A stretch of DNA of 64,000 nucleotides from Eledone cirrhosa. Its lineage: Eukaryota. The notes beneath the pieces are model-generated. The model ran no database searches, was not told where the DNA came from, and saw only the letters and a list, made by a program, of their open reading frames with translations. Of the stretch, positions 1 to 13,549 are shown piece after piece. A program made the translations under genes and the position numbers. Location: positions 27,280,001 through 27,344,000 of the forward strand of contig OZ024751.1 of NCBI GenBank assembly GCA_964016885.1, in the 5' to 3' direction. Numbering within the stretch: the stretch's first letter is position 1; each line of letters opens with the position of its first letter.

Positions 1-244
1 GGGTAAGGGAAAGAGAGAGAGGGGTAAGGGAAAGAGAGAGGGGGTAAGGGAAAGAGAGAGAGAGGATAAGGGAAAGAGAGAGGAGGATAAGGGAAAGAGA
101 GGGGGTAAGGGAAAGAGAGAGAGAGAGACAAGCGAGGAGACTGAAGATATATAAACAGAAACCGTTGAAGAGGTGAGGGGGGAGATGGTTAGGGGGAGAG
201 TGAGGGAGAGATGGTGAGGGAGGATATGGTTGGGGGGGGGGGTT

Positions 245-590
245 TATGATGATGATGGTGATGGTGATGATAATGATGATAATGATGATGATGATGGTGG
301 TGATGGTGGTGGTGATGGTGGTGATGGTGGTGATGGTGGTGATGGTGGTGGTGGTGGTGATGGTGATGGTGGTGGTGGTGGTGATGGTAGTGGTGGTGGT
401 GATGGTGGTGATGATGGTGGTGGCGGTTGTGGTGGTGGTGGTAGTGATGGTTGTGGTGATGCTATTGACGATGATGGTGATGATGATGGTGATGGTGGTG
501 ATGGTGATGATGGTGATGGTGATGATGATGATGATGACGACGGAAATAGTGATGGCGACGATGATGGTGATGGTGATGGTGGTGGTGGTA
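245..590. repeat. (GGT/GAT)n trinucleotide low-complexity tract
   Basis: Direct reading; the overlapping ORFs are poly-G/D, poly-P/S and poly-M/V artefacts. Confidence 0.95.
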
Positions 591-918
591 GATTGTAAAT
601 AATTGTAAATAAACATTGAGTATCTGGATACAAGAAGATGGCGGCTAAAAATTGAGTGAAGCAGACGACACGAGCAGACGAGTAGAATGGAGGAATAACT
701 GAGTGAATAGATGGACGAATAACAGAACGAACGAACATACAAATGAATGAATGAATCGCTGAAGAAATGAATGAATAAACGAACATATGAAGGAACGAAC
801 GAACGAAGGAGTGAACGAACGAATGAATGAATAATCCGAGTGAATAAAAGAATGAATGAATGAATGAATGAGAGAAAGAAAGGTCAAATGACTGAGAGAT
901 ATATAGATACAGAAAGAG

Positions 919-988
<70 letters not shown>

Positions 989-1119
989 GAATGGGAAATG
1001 GAATGAGAGAATGGGATACTGGTAGTGTGGGTTCCTACTGTGGTAGTAGTGGTGGTTGTGGTGCATTGTTTATGTTTCTGTACATGTGTTCATGCATAAA
1101 CACACGTAGACGTTATATA

Positions 1120-1184
<65 letters not shown>

Positions 1185-1204
1185 CCTCCTTTGTTTTGTT
1201 CGTT

Positions 1205-1315
1205 TTTTCTCAACTATATATATATATTTTGTCAACTATATATATTTTGTCAACTATATATATTTTGTCAACTATATATATTTTGTCAACTATATATATT
1301 TTGTCAACTATATAT
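1205..1315. repeat. 18-bp tandem repeat (TATATATATTTTGTCAAC), about 6 copies
   Basis: Direct reading. Confidence 0.9.
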
Positions 1316-1454
1316 AAAGAATGTATAGACGGGGAATAATTAAATGGTAAGAACACGGGGCTTGTTTATTCATATATCCTGATATTTTGAGATTAATATC
1401 TCTTCTTCTGCGGAAAATAAAGGAACTACTCCAGTGTTCGATGTGACTATACCA

Positions 1455-2445
1455 TGCCACACACACAGCCACACACAGCCACACACAGCCACACACAGCC
1501 ACACACAGCCACACACAGCCACACACAGCCACACACAGCCACACACAGCCACACACAGCCACACACAGAAGCCACACACAGCCACACAGCCACACAGCCA
1601 CACACAGAAGCCACACACAGCCACACAGCCACACAGCCACACACAGCCACACACAGCCACACAGCCACACAGCCACACACAGCCACACAGCCACACACAG
1701 AAGCCACACATAGCCACACACAGCCACACAGCCACACAGCCACACACAGCCACACACAGCCACACAGCCACACACAGCCACACACAGCCACACACAGTCA
1801 CACACAGAAGCCACACACAGCCACACACAGAAGCCACACACAGCCACACACAGAAGCCACACACAGCCACACACAGGCACACACAGCCACACACAGAAGC
1901 CACACACAGCCACACACAGAAGCCACACACAGCCACACACAGCCACACAGCCACACACAGCCACACACAGCCACACAGCCACACACAGCCACACACAGCC
2001 ACACACAGCCACACACAGAAGCCACACACAGCCACACACAGCCACACAGCCACACAGCCACACACAGCCACACACAGCCACACAGCCACACACAGCCACA
2101 CAGCCACACAGCCACACACAGAAGCCACACACAGCCACACAGCCACACAGCCACACACACAGCCACACAGCCACACAGCCACACACATCCACATACAGCC
2201 ACACAGCCACACAACCACACACACAACCACACACAACCACACACAGCCACACAGCCACACACAGCCACACAGCCACACAACCACACACACAGCCACACAC
2301 AGCCACACACAGCCACACAGCCACACACACAGCCACACAGCCACACACATCCACATACAGCCACAGAGCCACACAACCACACACACAACCACACACAACC
2401 ACACACAGCCACACAGCCACACACAGCCACACACAGCCACACATA
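1455..2445. repeat. (CAGCCACA/CAGCCACACA)n minisatellite
   Basis: About 1 kb of 8-13 bp units. Confidence 0.95.
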
Positions 2446-2577
2446 CAAATCAATAAACTAGAGAGAATGACGAACATTTTGCCGCGTTTTTTTCCCTACG
2501 TTGAAGTGGTGAGGTGTAGTGTGAGGTAGAAGGGGGTGAAATAAGGGTTGATTGGAACTGGGATGAGGCAGGTATCA

Positions 2578-3006
2578 CTAGAGATCTGTGATGAGACAGG
2601 GACCAGTAGACATATTGACCAGGTCTTCACTAGAGATCTGTGATGAGACAGGGATCAGTAGACATATTGGCCAGGTCTTCACTAGAGATCTGTGATGAGA
2701 CAGGGATCAGTAGACATATTGACCAGGTCTTCACTAGAGATCTGTGATGAGACAGGGATCAGTAGACATATTGACCAGGTCTTCACTAGAGATCTGTGAT
2801 GAGACAGGGATCAGTAGACATATTGACCAGGTCTTCACTAGAGATCTGTGATGAGACAGGGATCAGTAGACATATTGACCAGGTCTTCACTAGAGATCTG
2901 TGATGAGACAGGGATCAGTAGACATATTGACCAGGTCTTCACTAGAGATCTGTGATGAGACAGGGATCAGTAGACATATTGACCAGGTCTTCACTAGAGA
3001 TCTGTG
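2578..3006. repeat. 52-bp tandem repeat, about 8 copies
   Basis: Unit ACTAGAGATCTGTGATGAGACAGGGATCAGTAGACATATTGACCAGGTCTTC repeated head-to-tail with no spacers. Confidence 0.95.
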
Positions 3007-3101
3007 AAATATATTTCAGATTTATCTCAAAATTTCTACACCACTTTTTTCATTTTTATTAGTATTATTTTAATTAGGTGCGCCTTTATCACTCTTTCAA
3101 C

Positions 3102-3144
<43 letters not shown>

Positions 3145-3149
<5 letters not shown>

Positions 3150-3317
3150 AGGACTAGAACTGTTTCATTCTTTAGAAATCATCAGGAATCCTGATGATTT
3201 CTAAAGAATGAAACAGTTCTAGTCCTGTAGAATCTCATCTATATTAAAACTTTTATACTCTGCAATGTATTGAGTACCTTACTTACTGTGGTTACTTCCG
3301 ATTCAACCCGGAATAAC

Positions 3318-3321
<4 letters not shown>
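3145..3321 (+). mobile_element. Short PLE pLTR-like unit with 5' fold-back and hammerhead motif; inverted sister copy at 4048-4240
   Basis: Palindrome 3145-3231 centred at 3188; abuts (TA)n; 3232-3320 is the reverse complement of about 4048-4138. Confidence 0.7.
3189..3234 (+). ncRNA. Type I hammerhead ribozyme motif (stem I shortened by the fold-back)
   Basis: CTGATGA 3191-3197; stem II TTC/GAA; GAAA 3210-3213; stem III CAG/CTG; GTA cleavage triplet. Confidence 0.6.
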
Positions 3322-3384
<63 letters not shown>

Positions 3385-3387
<3 letters not shown>

Positions 3388-3666
3388 GGTATGTATATTT
3401 CCTCTGATAATTTCTAATATTTTTACATAGATGTATATGATATACATACCAACACACATATTCATCCCAGAAACGATAGTAAAATGATGAATTTTTTAAC
3501 ATAAGGAACTTGTTCTTTGTTTTTATTTCATTGTTTTTATTAATTTATCTCTGTTTCCTATAATTTTTATCGAAAATGTTTGAATGCATCTTCTCTTTTC
3601 GTGATATTTGGATTACATTGAGTTCTTCATACGTATTGGACACTACCGTATATTTTGGTAGATTTA

Positions 3667-3668
<2 letters not shown>
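3385..3668 (+). mobile_element. Short interspersed element between microsatellites, homologous to 30030-30345 (-); probable PLE 3' end
   Basis: Shared terminus TACATTGAGTTCTTCATACG.ATTGGACACTACCGTA...GGTAGATTTATCT; GAAA-CGAT(A/C)G-T remnant. Confidence 0.55.
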
Positions 3669-3762
<94 letters not shown>

Positions 3763-3999
3763 AGTGTCATTTGAATTACATGGGGTGAAAACCATGAGGT
3801 ATTAACGTGTGTCTTTAACTCCGGTTTTTCAGTTATATATATATGTGTGTGTGTATGTGTTTGTGCGTGTGTGTATGTGTGTGTGTGTGTGTTTATGTGT
3901 GTGTAAATATATATATATAAACACACGCTCATATATATATATATTTATATATATTTATATACACAAACACACACATATATATATATACACACACACACA

Positions 4000-4031
<32 letters not shown>

Positions 4032-4047
4032 TATATCTATATATATA

Positions 4048-4236
4048 TACGTTATTCCGGGTTGAATCGGAGGTAACCACAGTAAGTAAGGTACTCAATA
4101 CATAGCAGAGTATAAAAGTTTTAATATAGATGAGATTCTACAGGACTAGAACTGTTTCATTCTTTAGAATGATGATTTCCTGATGATTTCTAAAGAATGT
4201 AACAGTTTTAGTCCTGTAGAATCTCATCTATATTAA

Positions 4237-4240
<4 letters not shown>
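4048..4240 (-). mobile_element. Second copy of the 3145-3321 unit, also folded back; its + strand hammerhead core is mutated (GAAA to GTAA)
   Basis: Reverse-complement match to 3200-3320; CTGATGA at 4180-4186. Confidence 0.7.
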
Positions 4241-4280
<40 letters not shown>

Positions 4281-4281
4281 C

Positions 4282-4320
<39 letters not shown>

Positions 4321-4327
4321 CACACAC

Positions 4328-4360
<33 letters not shown>

Positions 4361-4533
4361 TATATATATTTATATATATATATACACACACACATATATA
4401 TATTTATATATATATATACACACACACATATATATATATTTATATATATATATATACACACACACATATATATATTTATATATATATATACACACACACA
4501 TATATATATTTATATATATATATATATATACAT

Positions 4534-4741
<208 letters not shown>

Positions 4742-5465
4742 CCACACACATATATATATATATATTTATATATATATATACACACACACATATATATATA
4801 ACTCTCCATCTATTTATACCTGTTCTTTGTAGTTATATCCTGCATTGACGCCCCCTCACGCCCCCTCACACCCACGCATGGCCGACAATGAGAAGAATTA
4901 CGATTGGAAACTACTCTGATCACTCTATCTCACTCTTTCACCAAAAATCGATACCTAGACCGATTTTTACTTAGAAAATCTATCTAACAACAAAATACAC
5001 ACATCTTCATAAGTCTTCCTCCTCCTCCACCCCCACCCCCCATCTCCACAACTCCGCCCCCGCCTCATCGCCTTCCTCCTCCTCCCCACCCCCTCCCCTT
5101 GGCACCCCCACCCCCTCGCCTCCTACTCCTCTTCCCCTCCTCTATAGTTTCACAAATTAGGTACCACTAGTCAAATAGTGATTCTTACCATTGTTAGTCT
5201 CAGTTTACCTCTTTGTCCCCACCCCAGTCTCTCTCCACCTCTCTATATCTATCTACTGCGCCTCCCCCTCCCCCCCCCCCATCTCATCCAACTGACTACA
5301 GCTTTCCTGGAATCAACAGACTCCTTCCTTTCTCCCAATCACAGCTCCACTGTCTTAATGTATCATGTCCTGCTTCTACCCACATACTTTTCCACACAAA
5401 CACAAAAGCATCAATGTATGTATATATACATTGATACATACATATATATACATATATATACATAT

Positions 5466-5528
<63 letters not shown>

Positions 5529-5561
5529 CACACACACACCACATGCACACATACACCACAG

Positions 5562-5599
<38 letters not shown>

Positions 5600-5600
<1 letters not shown>

Positions 5601-7270
5601 AATTTAAACAAGGTTCAATGAATAAATCAAAGAATGAGTTTTACAATAGATTGGAAGCACTCAACAAGTTGGTTTTCCGGAGTTATTAATATTAATTCAA
5701 AATATTAACAAAAATAGAACTTCTTGTGATCAAGTATATTTTATTATACATATTTCAGAGGTACTGAGCTAACTTCAACAGTACGTCCTCATCAGATAAA
5801 ATAAGATGATGCATGACATACTCTGACATAGTAGATGGTTAAGATCCAGTCATGGTAGTGAGTAAGATATGGCAAAACTCAATATTTATATACCTTAAGA
5901 TTGAGACATGAAAAAAACTTACATATAATACATATAATACAGAGGTGCGTGTGAGAAAGCTTAAAAATACATAACAGCAATTTACATAACTGTTAGAGAT
6001 TTAAATAATTTAAATTATTGAAGAAAGAGGAAAGAAAAAAGAAAGACAGAGAGAAAAAGCAGATGAGGGGATAATATAGCTAGTAGAGGTATAGAGAGCA
6101 AAAGAGAATTGATCAAGGAGAGAGAGATAAAGAGGAATAATTTTTATAGTGTAAAACATAGGGAGGGATGAAATTATATATATCTATACAGAACTATACA
6201 TTTGGGCATAGCTTTGCGAAAGAGTAAACTCGAATCTTTGAATTAATGAATTATCTAGAAGTATTCATCAATCTAAATCCTAAATATAACTGGGTGTAAT
6301 TATATGAAGGTTAATTTCCAGTCCTTAGTTAATTAGTTATATATACTATCCAAACGTATCCGGTTGACCGTTAACTTTCAAATCATTTAAGTTAGTTCAG
6401 AGTAATGAATTAATCAAAGTGTATAATATTTCAGGCTATAAAAGTTTATAAATATCTGTATTAATATTAAAGTATACTATTATATTTAATTTATAAAATC
6501 ATATTTTATGAAATCATATTTAAACTATTTGCAAACATGAGAAAGAAGACATAATATTTTCATCCTCACGAAGGTAATTCTTATTAAATTATATTATATT
6601 ATATTTAATTATTTATATTATATTGAAAATAATTCGCATTATATAATTTATAAAATAATTACAGTTATAATTTTAAAAATTAAGATTAACAATTAGAATG
6701 CCTTAAAGCATCTAAAGGCCTTATAATTAAACTTAAAAAAAGTTTATTATTAAATTAAATATATGCATTTGTCTAAATATAAACAAAGATTATTTTGTCT
6801 AAAGATTAAGATATACCTATCAGTTATATATAACATAATATAATACAATAAATGAGTCACTGATAATATTGTTAAAAATTAAGGTTTTAGATCAATTATT
6901 ATAATAGGATCATGTAATACATATATGCTATAAATATACAAGTCAAACTTCATGAATCATAAGGATAAGAACCAGATTCAAAGTAAAAAAGTGAATTGTT
7001 TGCGATCTTAAAAGTGCCCAATATCCAAGCTATATAGTTTAAAAATACCAGAAATTTTTTTTTAAATGTATATAGTAGTATAATTTTCATAATTAGTAAT
7101 TATTAAAAGGGTCTCCATGGTACAGAGGTTGCAGTTAGGTGATATTGAAGAATTCAAGTAAATTCTACTATTACACAACTTCGTCCAAGAAATCGAGTAT
7201 TTTAAATTTTTGTCTTTTAATGACCATATAAGTTGTGATAAAAAAGTCGAAGATTTCCTATTAGGATTAC
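5600..7270 (-). mobile_element. Penelope-like element 3' part: GIY-YIG C-terminal remnant, long AT-rich 3' region and hammerhead
   Basis: Minus strand about 7270-7075 translates SNPNRKSSTFLSQLIWSLKDKNLKYSISW...CNLCTMETLLI, matching the PLE endonuclease C-terminus also seen at 49200-49400; ends at (TA)n. Confidence 0.75.
5737..5803 (-). ncRNA. Type I hammerhead ribozyme
   Basis: Reverse complement of 9573-9639. Confidence 0.8.
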
Positions 7271-8582
7271 TAATTATGAAAATATAATTAACAAAAAAAG
7301 TGAATTATTCTCAAACTGCCTTCATAAAGCTTTGTCTACATTCAAAGCCTCGCAAAAAGTCAGGAAAAAACACTAAATAAACAGGTTCTAATTTTTGATG
7401 TCTCTTATCAACTGTGTACCTAAAACGTTATAACAGATTATAAAACTTTAATAATTTTTTATTTTTTATTCATTTATTATATGATTAATGTTAGATTAAA
7501 GGGTCCTGTATAGGTATATAAACATATTATTTGTTAACATGATCTCTTGATGAATGTGCATATCATTTGATTGTTTAGATATATTTAATTTAGATTGGGA
7601 TTCTTGTATACATTTATAAAATATATGGCTTATATGCTTAACAGTTATAATGTACCGTAAATCATTCATGCATTTATGTTTGTGTATGTTTATTCAGTTG
7701 GAGTATGTTTCATGATTCAGGAAGTTTGATTTATATATTTTTATTTATATATATTTACGGTATATGTGTCACACACGATACTAGTCGACAAACCTTTTTT
7801 CCACTTAACTTGATGTAAAACTTCAATTATAACATTACTAACAATGATTGTACTTATTATTTATTATATGTATATCGATCAGTAATATCTGGAATACTCT
7901 ATTTATATTTGAACAAATCTGTATATCTAGTATAATAACATGCTTCTAGTTACATTTATAAGTACTTCAGATACTTTAATGACTTTCTAGTGTTATAATC
8001 GTTAAATATTTTCTAAATATTTTCTAAATTTTCTAAGTTATATAACGATTATTATTTTATTTAATTTAATTAAATTTGGGTTACCTTCGGGTCAATGAAA
8101 TCCTTAGGTTTTCTCTTTCTGATGTTTGCAAACACATTATACTACTTTATAAATTTTTAAAAAAATTTCTGGTATTTTTAAACTATATAGCTTGGATATT
8201 GGGCACTTTTAAGATCGCAAACAATTCACTTTTTTACTTTGAATCTGGTTCTTATCCTTATGATTCATGAAGTTTGACTTGTATATTTATAGTATATATG
8301 TATTACATGACCCTATTATAATAATTGATCTAAAACCTTAATTTTTAATAATATTATCAGTGACTCATTTATTGTATTATATTATATTATATATAACTGA
8401 TAGGTATATCTTAATCTTTAGACAATATAATCTTTGTTTATATTTAGACAAATGCATATATTTAATTTAATAATAAACTTTTTTTAAGTTTAATTATAAG
8501 GCCTTTAGATGCTTTAAGGCATTCTAATTGTTAATCTTAATTTTTAAAATTATAACTGTAATTATTTTATAAATTATATAAT

Positions 8583-8725
8583 TGTTTCTACTTTTGGCAC
8601 AAGGCCAGCAATTACCCAGTACATTACTGGTACTTTATTTTATCGACCCCGTAAGGATGAAAGACAAAGTTAACCTCGGCGGGATTTGAACTCAGATCGT
8701 AAAAGGACGTAACTACGCTAATTTC
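8583..8725 (-). mobile_element. 5'-truncated tRNA-derived SINE with 14-bp TSD
   Basis: B box GAGTTCAAATCCC on minus strand; TSD ATAAATTATATAAT at 8569-8582 and 8726-8739; absent from the left IR arm. Confidence 0.85.
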
Positions 8726-9572
8726 ATAAATTATATAATGCGAATTATTTTCAATATAATATAAATAATTAAATATAATATAATATAATTTAATAAGAAT
8801 TACCTTCGTGAGGATGAAAATATTATGTCTTCTTTCTCATGTTTGCAAATAGTTTAAATATGATTTCATAAAATATGATTTTATAAATTAAATATAATAG
8901 TATACTTTAATATTAATACAGATATTTATAAACTTTTATAGCCTGAAATATTATACACTTTGATTAATTCATTACTCTGAACTAACTTAAATGATTTGAA
9001 AGTTAACGGTCAACCGGATACGTTTGGATAGTATATATAACTAATTAACTAAGGACTGGAAATTAACCTTCATATAATTACACCTAGTTATATTTAGGAT
9101 TTAGATTGATGAATACTTCTAGATAATTCATTAATTCAAAGATTCGAGTTTACTCTTTCGCAAAGCTATGCCCAAATGTATAGTTCTGTATAGATATATA
9201 TAATTTCATCCCTCCCTATTTTTTACACTATAAAAATTATTCCTCTTTATCTCTCTCCTTGATCAATTCTCTTTTTGCTCTCTATACCTCTACTAGCTAT
9301 ATTATCCCCTCATCTGCTTTTTCTCTCTGTCTTTCTTTTTTCTTTCCTCTTTCTTCAATAATTTAAATTATTTGAATCTCTAACAGTTATGTAAATTGCT
9401 GTTATGTATTTTTAAGCTTTCTCACACGCACCTCTGTATTATATGTATTATATGTAAGTTTTTTTCATGTCTCAATCTTAAGGTATATAAATATTGAGTT
9501 TTGCCATATCTTACTCACTACCATGACTGGATCTTAACCATCTACTATGTCAGAGTATGTCATGCATCATCT

Positions 9573-9639
9573 TATTTTATCTGATGAGGACGTACTGTTG
9601 AAGTTAGCTCAGTACCTCTGAAATATGTATAATAAAATA
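9573..9639 (+). ncRNA. Type I hammerhead ribozyme (minimal stem III)
   Basis: TATTTTAT-CTGATGA(9581)-stem II GTACTG/CAGTAC-GAAA(9620)-TATGTA-TA-ATAAAATA; perfect 8-bp stem I. Confidence 0.8.
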
Positions 9640-9683
9640 TACTTGATCACAAGAAGTTCTATTTTTGTTAATATTTTGAATTA

Positions 9684-9804
<121 letters not shown>

Positions 9805-10299
9805 AATATAATACGATAGTGTAACAGACGCGGTAAACCTCCGAATTGCGGAAGGACATTTCATTAGGAAGCGGAAACGTATTCTAAACCGTCGCAATGA
9901 TCCGAACGCAAGGAACTTGTTTAAACATATTTTAGTGGGTAACAGGCATATCAAGAGCGAAACATTAGACACGTTTGAAGAAAGATTGTAAATAGGAAAG
10001 TATCCACCAGAAGGCAGCACTAGCCCAACAACTAAGCCCTTAGTCCGCTGCCATATGTTCAATCATGGTATTTCAATTTACTTTATTGAGCTCAGCCTAT
10101 TTTATCTTATCTTATCTTAATTCTCTACTTCTACTACCATTCTACCTATACATATCGCTATCTTCCTAGATTCCCCACATAAATCAACAATAAAACGTTT
10201 TAAACAAGTTTTATCTAGTTTGAATTGCATTCAGTTTATTTCTGGATATTATATCTTACCTCACTACTATTTTGTTTCACTTTATCTCCTCCTAGTCAC

Positions 10300-10505
10300 C
10301 TACAAATTAGGTTTAGTTTATGGAAAACCATCGATGAAGTGATAGATTGGTTCTCTCAACTAGATAATAAAAATAGATTAAGTTTTATACAATTTGACAT
10401 CGATGCATATTATTCATCAATCTCACCCATTCTCCTAAATAGAGTCTTAATTATGGCTAAATCTGCTAGTAGCCTTACTAGAGAAGAAATCGACATTATC
10501 AAACC
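10300..10505 (+). pseudogene. PLE reverse transcriptase fragment
   Basis: SLWKTIDEVIDWFSQLDNKNRLSFIQFDIDAYYSSIS resembles PLE RT motif A (FDI..FYPSI). Confidence 0.75.
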
Positions 10506-10539
10506 TATTAAGTGCAAGTCGAAGATCTTCTGTTGAGTT

Positions 10540-11245
10540 AAGTAACACCGTGTCGTCTGCAAATTCCAGCCAACTGAAGTCATGATACCACTTCTAATTT
10601 GGCTGCACATCTCAATCTTGTTCATGTAAATAATGAGCAGGAGAGGTGACAGTATGCACCCATGACAGAGTCTGACTCCCACATTGATTGGTTTCGATTT
10701 AGCACCATTTATCTGAACACAAACACTCGGGCATTCGTATAGAGACATCAGGACAGCAAGAAGCTGACTAAGAATCCGGACCGAGATGTCAAAAGCCTTA
10801 AATAGAGAAGGTATTCTCTGACTGACTCATGTGTGTCGGATGCCCTGGATCTCTGGAAAGGCACCTAAGCAATGACAACCGGAAGAGATAATACCAATTT
10901 TCAAAGCAGGTGACAAGAGATTGCTCCAATTACAGAGGAAACTCCTTGTTAAGCCTCCCCGGTAAAGTCTATGCAAAGTGTCTGGCAAAGAGATGTAGGG
11001 ATATTGTCGAGTCCAAGCTAGCTGATGAACAGTGTGGTTTTCGCCCCGGACGCAGCACGTGGCGGGTATTCGAGAAATTGTGGGAGTATTGCCAGGAAGT
11101 ATATTCTTGTTTTGTTGACCATGAAAAGGCATGTGACCATGTTCCTTGGGAGTTACTGTGGAAAGTTGTGCAGGAGTATGGGATTGATGGTCAGCTTCTT
11201 GCTGACCTGATGTCTCTATACGCATGCCCAAGTATTTGTGTAAGA
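10540..11245. mobile_element. RTE-type LINE RT fragment with internal inversion (10540-10770 minus, 10775-11245 plus)
   Basis: +: RDCSNYRGNSLLSLPGKVYAKCL...EQCGFRPGRST; -: GVRLCHGCILSPLLLIIYM. Confidence 0.8.
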
Positions 11246-11379
11246 ACTCTCAATGAATAACTAACCTAGAAAATATCATTAGTGCTGATATAAATAATAA
11301 TAATAGTAATGGTATGAGTAGTGGTAATATTAATATAAATAATGATAATGGAATAAATACCGGAGATCACGCAACACTT

Positions 11380-11790
11380 CCATTAATTGCAACTGTAGAA
11401 ACCCATCTACCTGCCCCCTTAACGGTAGATGCTTATTGAAAAACGTAGTTTACCAATGCTTCAACTCCACCCAATTTGATAGTAATTATTGGTTTCCAGC
11501 TAATTTGGAGCCACATCTAATACATTTAAGTCAAGATATTATATGCACCGCCACTCATTTAGATAAAAAGAAACTCAGCACCCCAACTTCGTTGGCTAGA
11601 TATATATGGGAATTGAATGAAAATAAGATCCCTTACACCATAAATTGGAAGATCCTGAAAATAGCCTAATTATACCAGCCGCTGAACAAGAGTGCCTATG
11701 TATATTAAAATCTAAGATAGAAATACTAAATAGAAAGTCAGAGATTCTCTCAACTTGCCCACATAGAAACTCGTTTTATTACACTAGATA
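11380..11790 (+). pseudogene. PLE GIY-YIG endonuclease fragment
   Basis: NCNCRNPSTCPLNGRCLLKNVVYQC...TSLARYIWELNENKIPYTINWKILK...NRKSEILSTCPHR. Confidence 0.8.
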
Positions 11791-13549
11791 TCAACTGAAA
11801 GCGGAACCCACATCTTAGATTCCAGATAGATGGTATTATAGCCTGTCTCTCCCTATCTACGGTAATATTTATCTTGCTTATTTAAATTAACCTAGTAACG
11901 GGATTGAACCTTGATTTGCCACTCGTTTTTTTTTTTATTTAATTATATTTAGAATTTAAATTCTGAGGCCCAAACTATTACATTTAATTCTACCACCCTG
12001 TAGGTTGTAACAGGTCCCGACCATATGCACATGGTGTATCTCTAGTGTTTCCACAGCAATACCACATTAAACAGCTGAGCCGACATTCACCCTTCCACGA
12101 CTAAGATAAGCCTATTTTGTTGATTCCTTAAAAGATCCAGATGGGAGACCGGACATACTAACTTTTGGGAAATATAAAATCGTAAAGATTTTTGAGAACA
12201 AGAACGTAATTTTGGCTACCTATGTCGCTTGTCCTATGTTTCGATATTATAGTCTTTGTTGTGGATGTACATTATATTCCCATCTTGGGTTTATTTGAAT
12301 CTGGCAGAGACTACATCGTGTTCATTACACGCAGCTGGGATGGTTTAAAGCTCACTAGGTTAATTTGACAGTAATAATAAGGAGGGTTGTCAGTTATGAG
12401 TTACACGATTGGTCTATGTTGCTTGAGAATGAACCTACATACCATATAACTGACCGTAATTAAATTGCCACACGCTAGGAACTTTTAACAGTTGCCTCTT
12501 CTTGGCAATACACCGCTTAGTTTACCGGTGAAATGTTGACACTACAGCGAAAATATATTTCTGTTACAGGATTAATATAAAAGAATATGTTAGAGGTAAA
12601 ATATAATAATAATTACAAATCCACTTTATATCTAGAAACAGGATAAATTGTAATTTAATTATTTACCTGTCATAACTACCTTCAGTTCTGATAATTTAAA
12701 TTATTAACAACCAGTATAACACCATAACCACATGTATATATTTGGTACACACTTTTGATGAACATTCAAACATATAAATTTATTTAAGTCAGCAAAAAAT
12801 AATTCTTTAATTATATATCTTCCTTTGTTTAGTAATATCTCAATGTATTCTAGAATAATATAAATAAGATTAATACCATATTTTAGCGATAAAATATTTT
12901 CTATACCGGAAGAATTAAGTTTAAACGTGAATTATTACGGAATTATTAATCCTCTTTCCCGTGTTTTTGTATATTTCTCTCCATTTATCGCATCGTTGAC
13001 TAAATATTATACTTTTCTTGTCAACTTGCAAATTAAAAACTTCTTGTAACTTTTTATCTCTTTTTACATGTTCATTGCTCTTTCTTTTCCACTGTATTTG
13101 CTTGCCTTTCACAAGGTCACACTCATCTCCACACAATTTCCTTCTGCCTTTTTTTTCTCTTCCCCCCCCCCTTCCATTTTCTATCCTTTCATCCGCATAC
13201 CCCTAACTTCGTCCTCGCGCACAGCCCACTTAGTTCTTCGCTCGACCCGTTAGTGGCCCGATGTTCTGATCGAACTACCACTAGTGATTGCTGATTAATA
13301 AAGTTGTCACCACTTTAACTTTATCCATTTTAGGTGATGGAGGCATGCGTCGAGACCAAGAGACCTGCATGGTGGGACGACTTTGTGACAGCAGGTCAGC
13401 CTTCGACCTCTCATTCTCCACCAGCTTCGGCACGAGAGGAGCTAACTTGTCTCCTCATATTCCCAGCCCTCCTCTCCACCGTTGGATTCGAACGGAACTA
13501 ACCCTGATCACACCACCACTCCTACTACAGTTAGCCCACCACCAGCACT

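Noticed and set aside
230-2477. Long ORFs of poly-G/D, poly-V/C and HTQP repeats (likewise 20752-21992, 26765-28319, 31039-31954, 58373-59189)
   Set aside because: Open in several frames and on both strands only because simple repeats lack stop codons
2578-3006. Regular repeats resembling a CRISPR array (also 16797-17700 and 32637-32912)
   Set aside because: No unique spacers, no cas genes, eukaryotic context; these are plain tandem repeats
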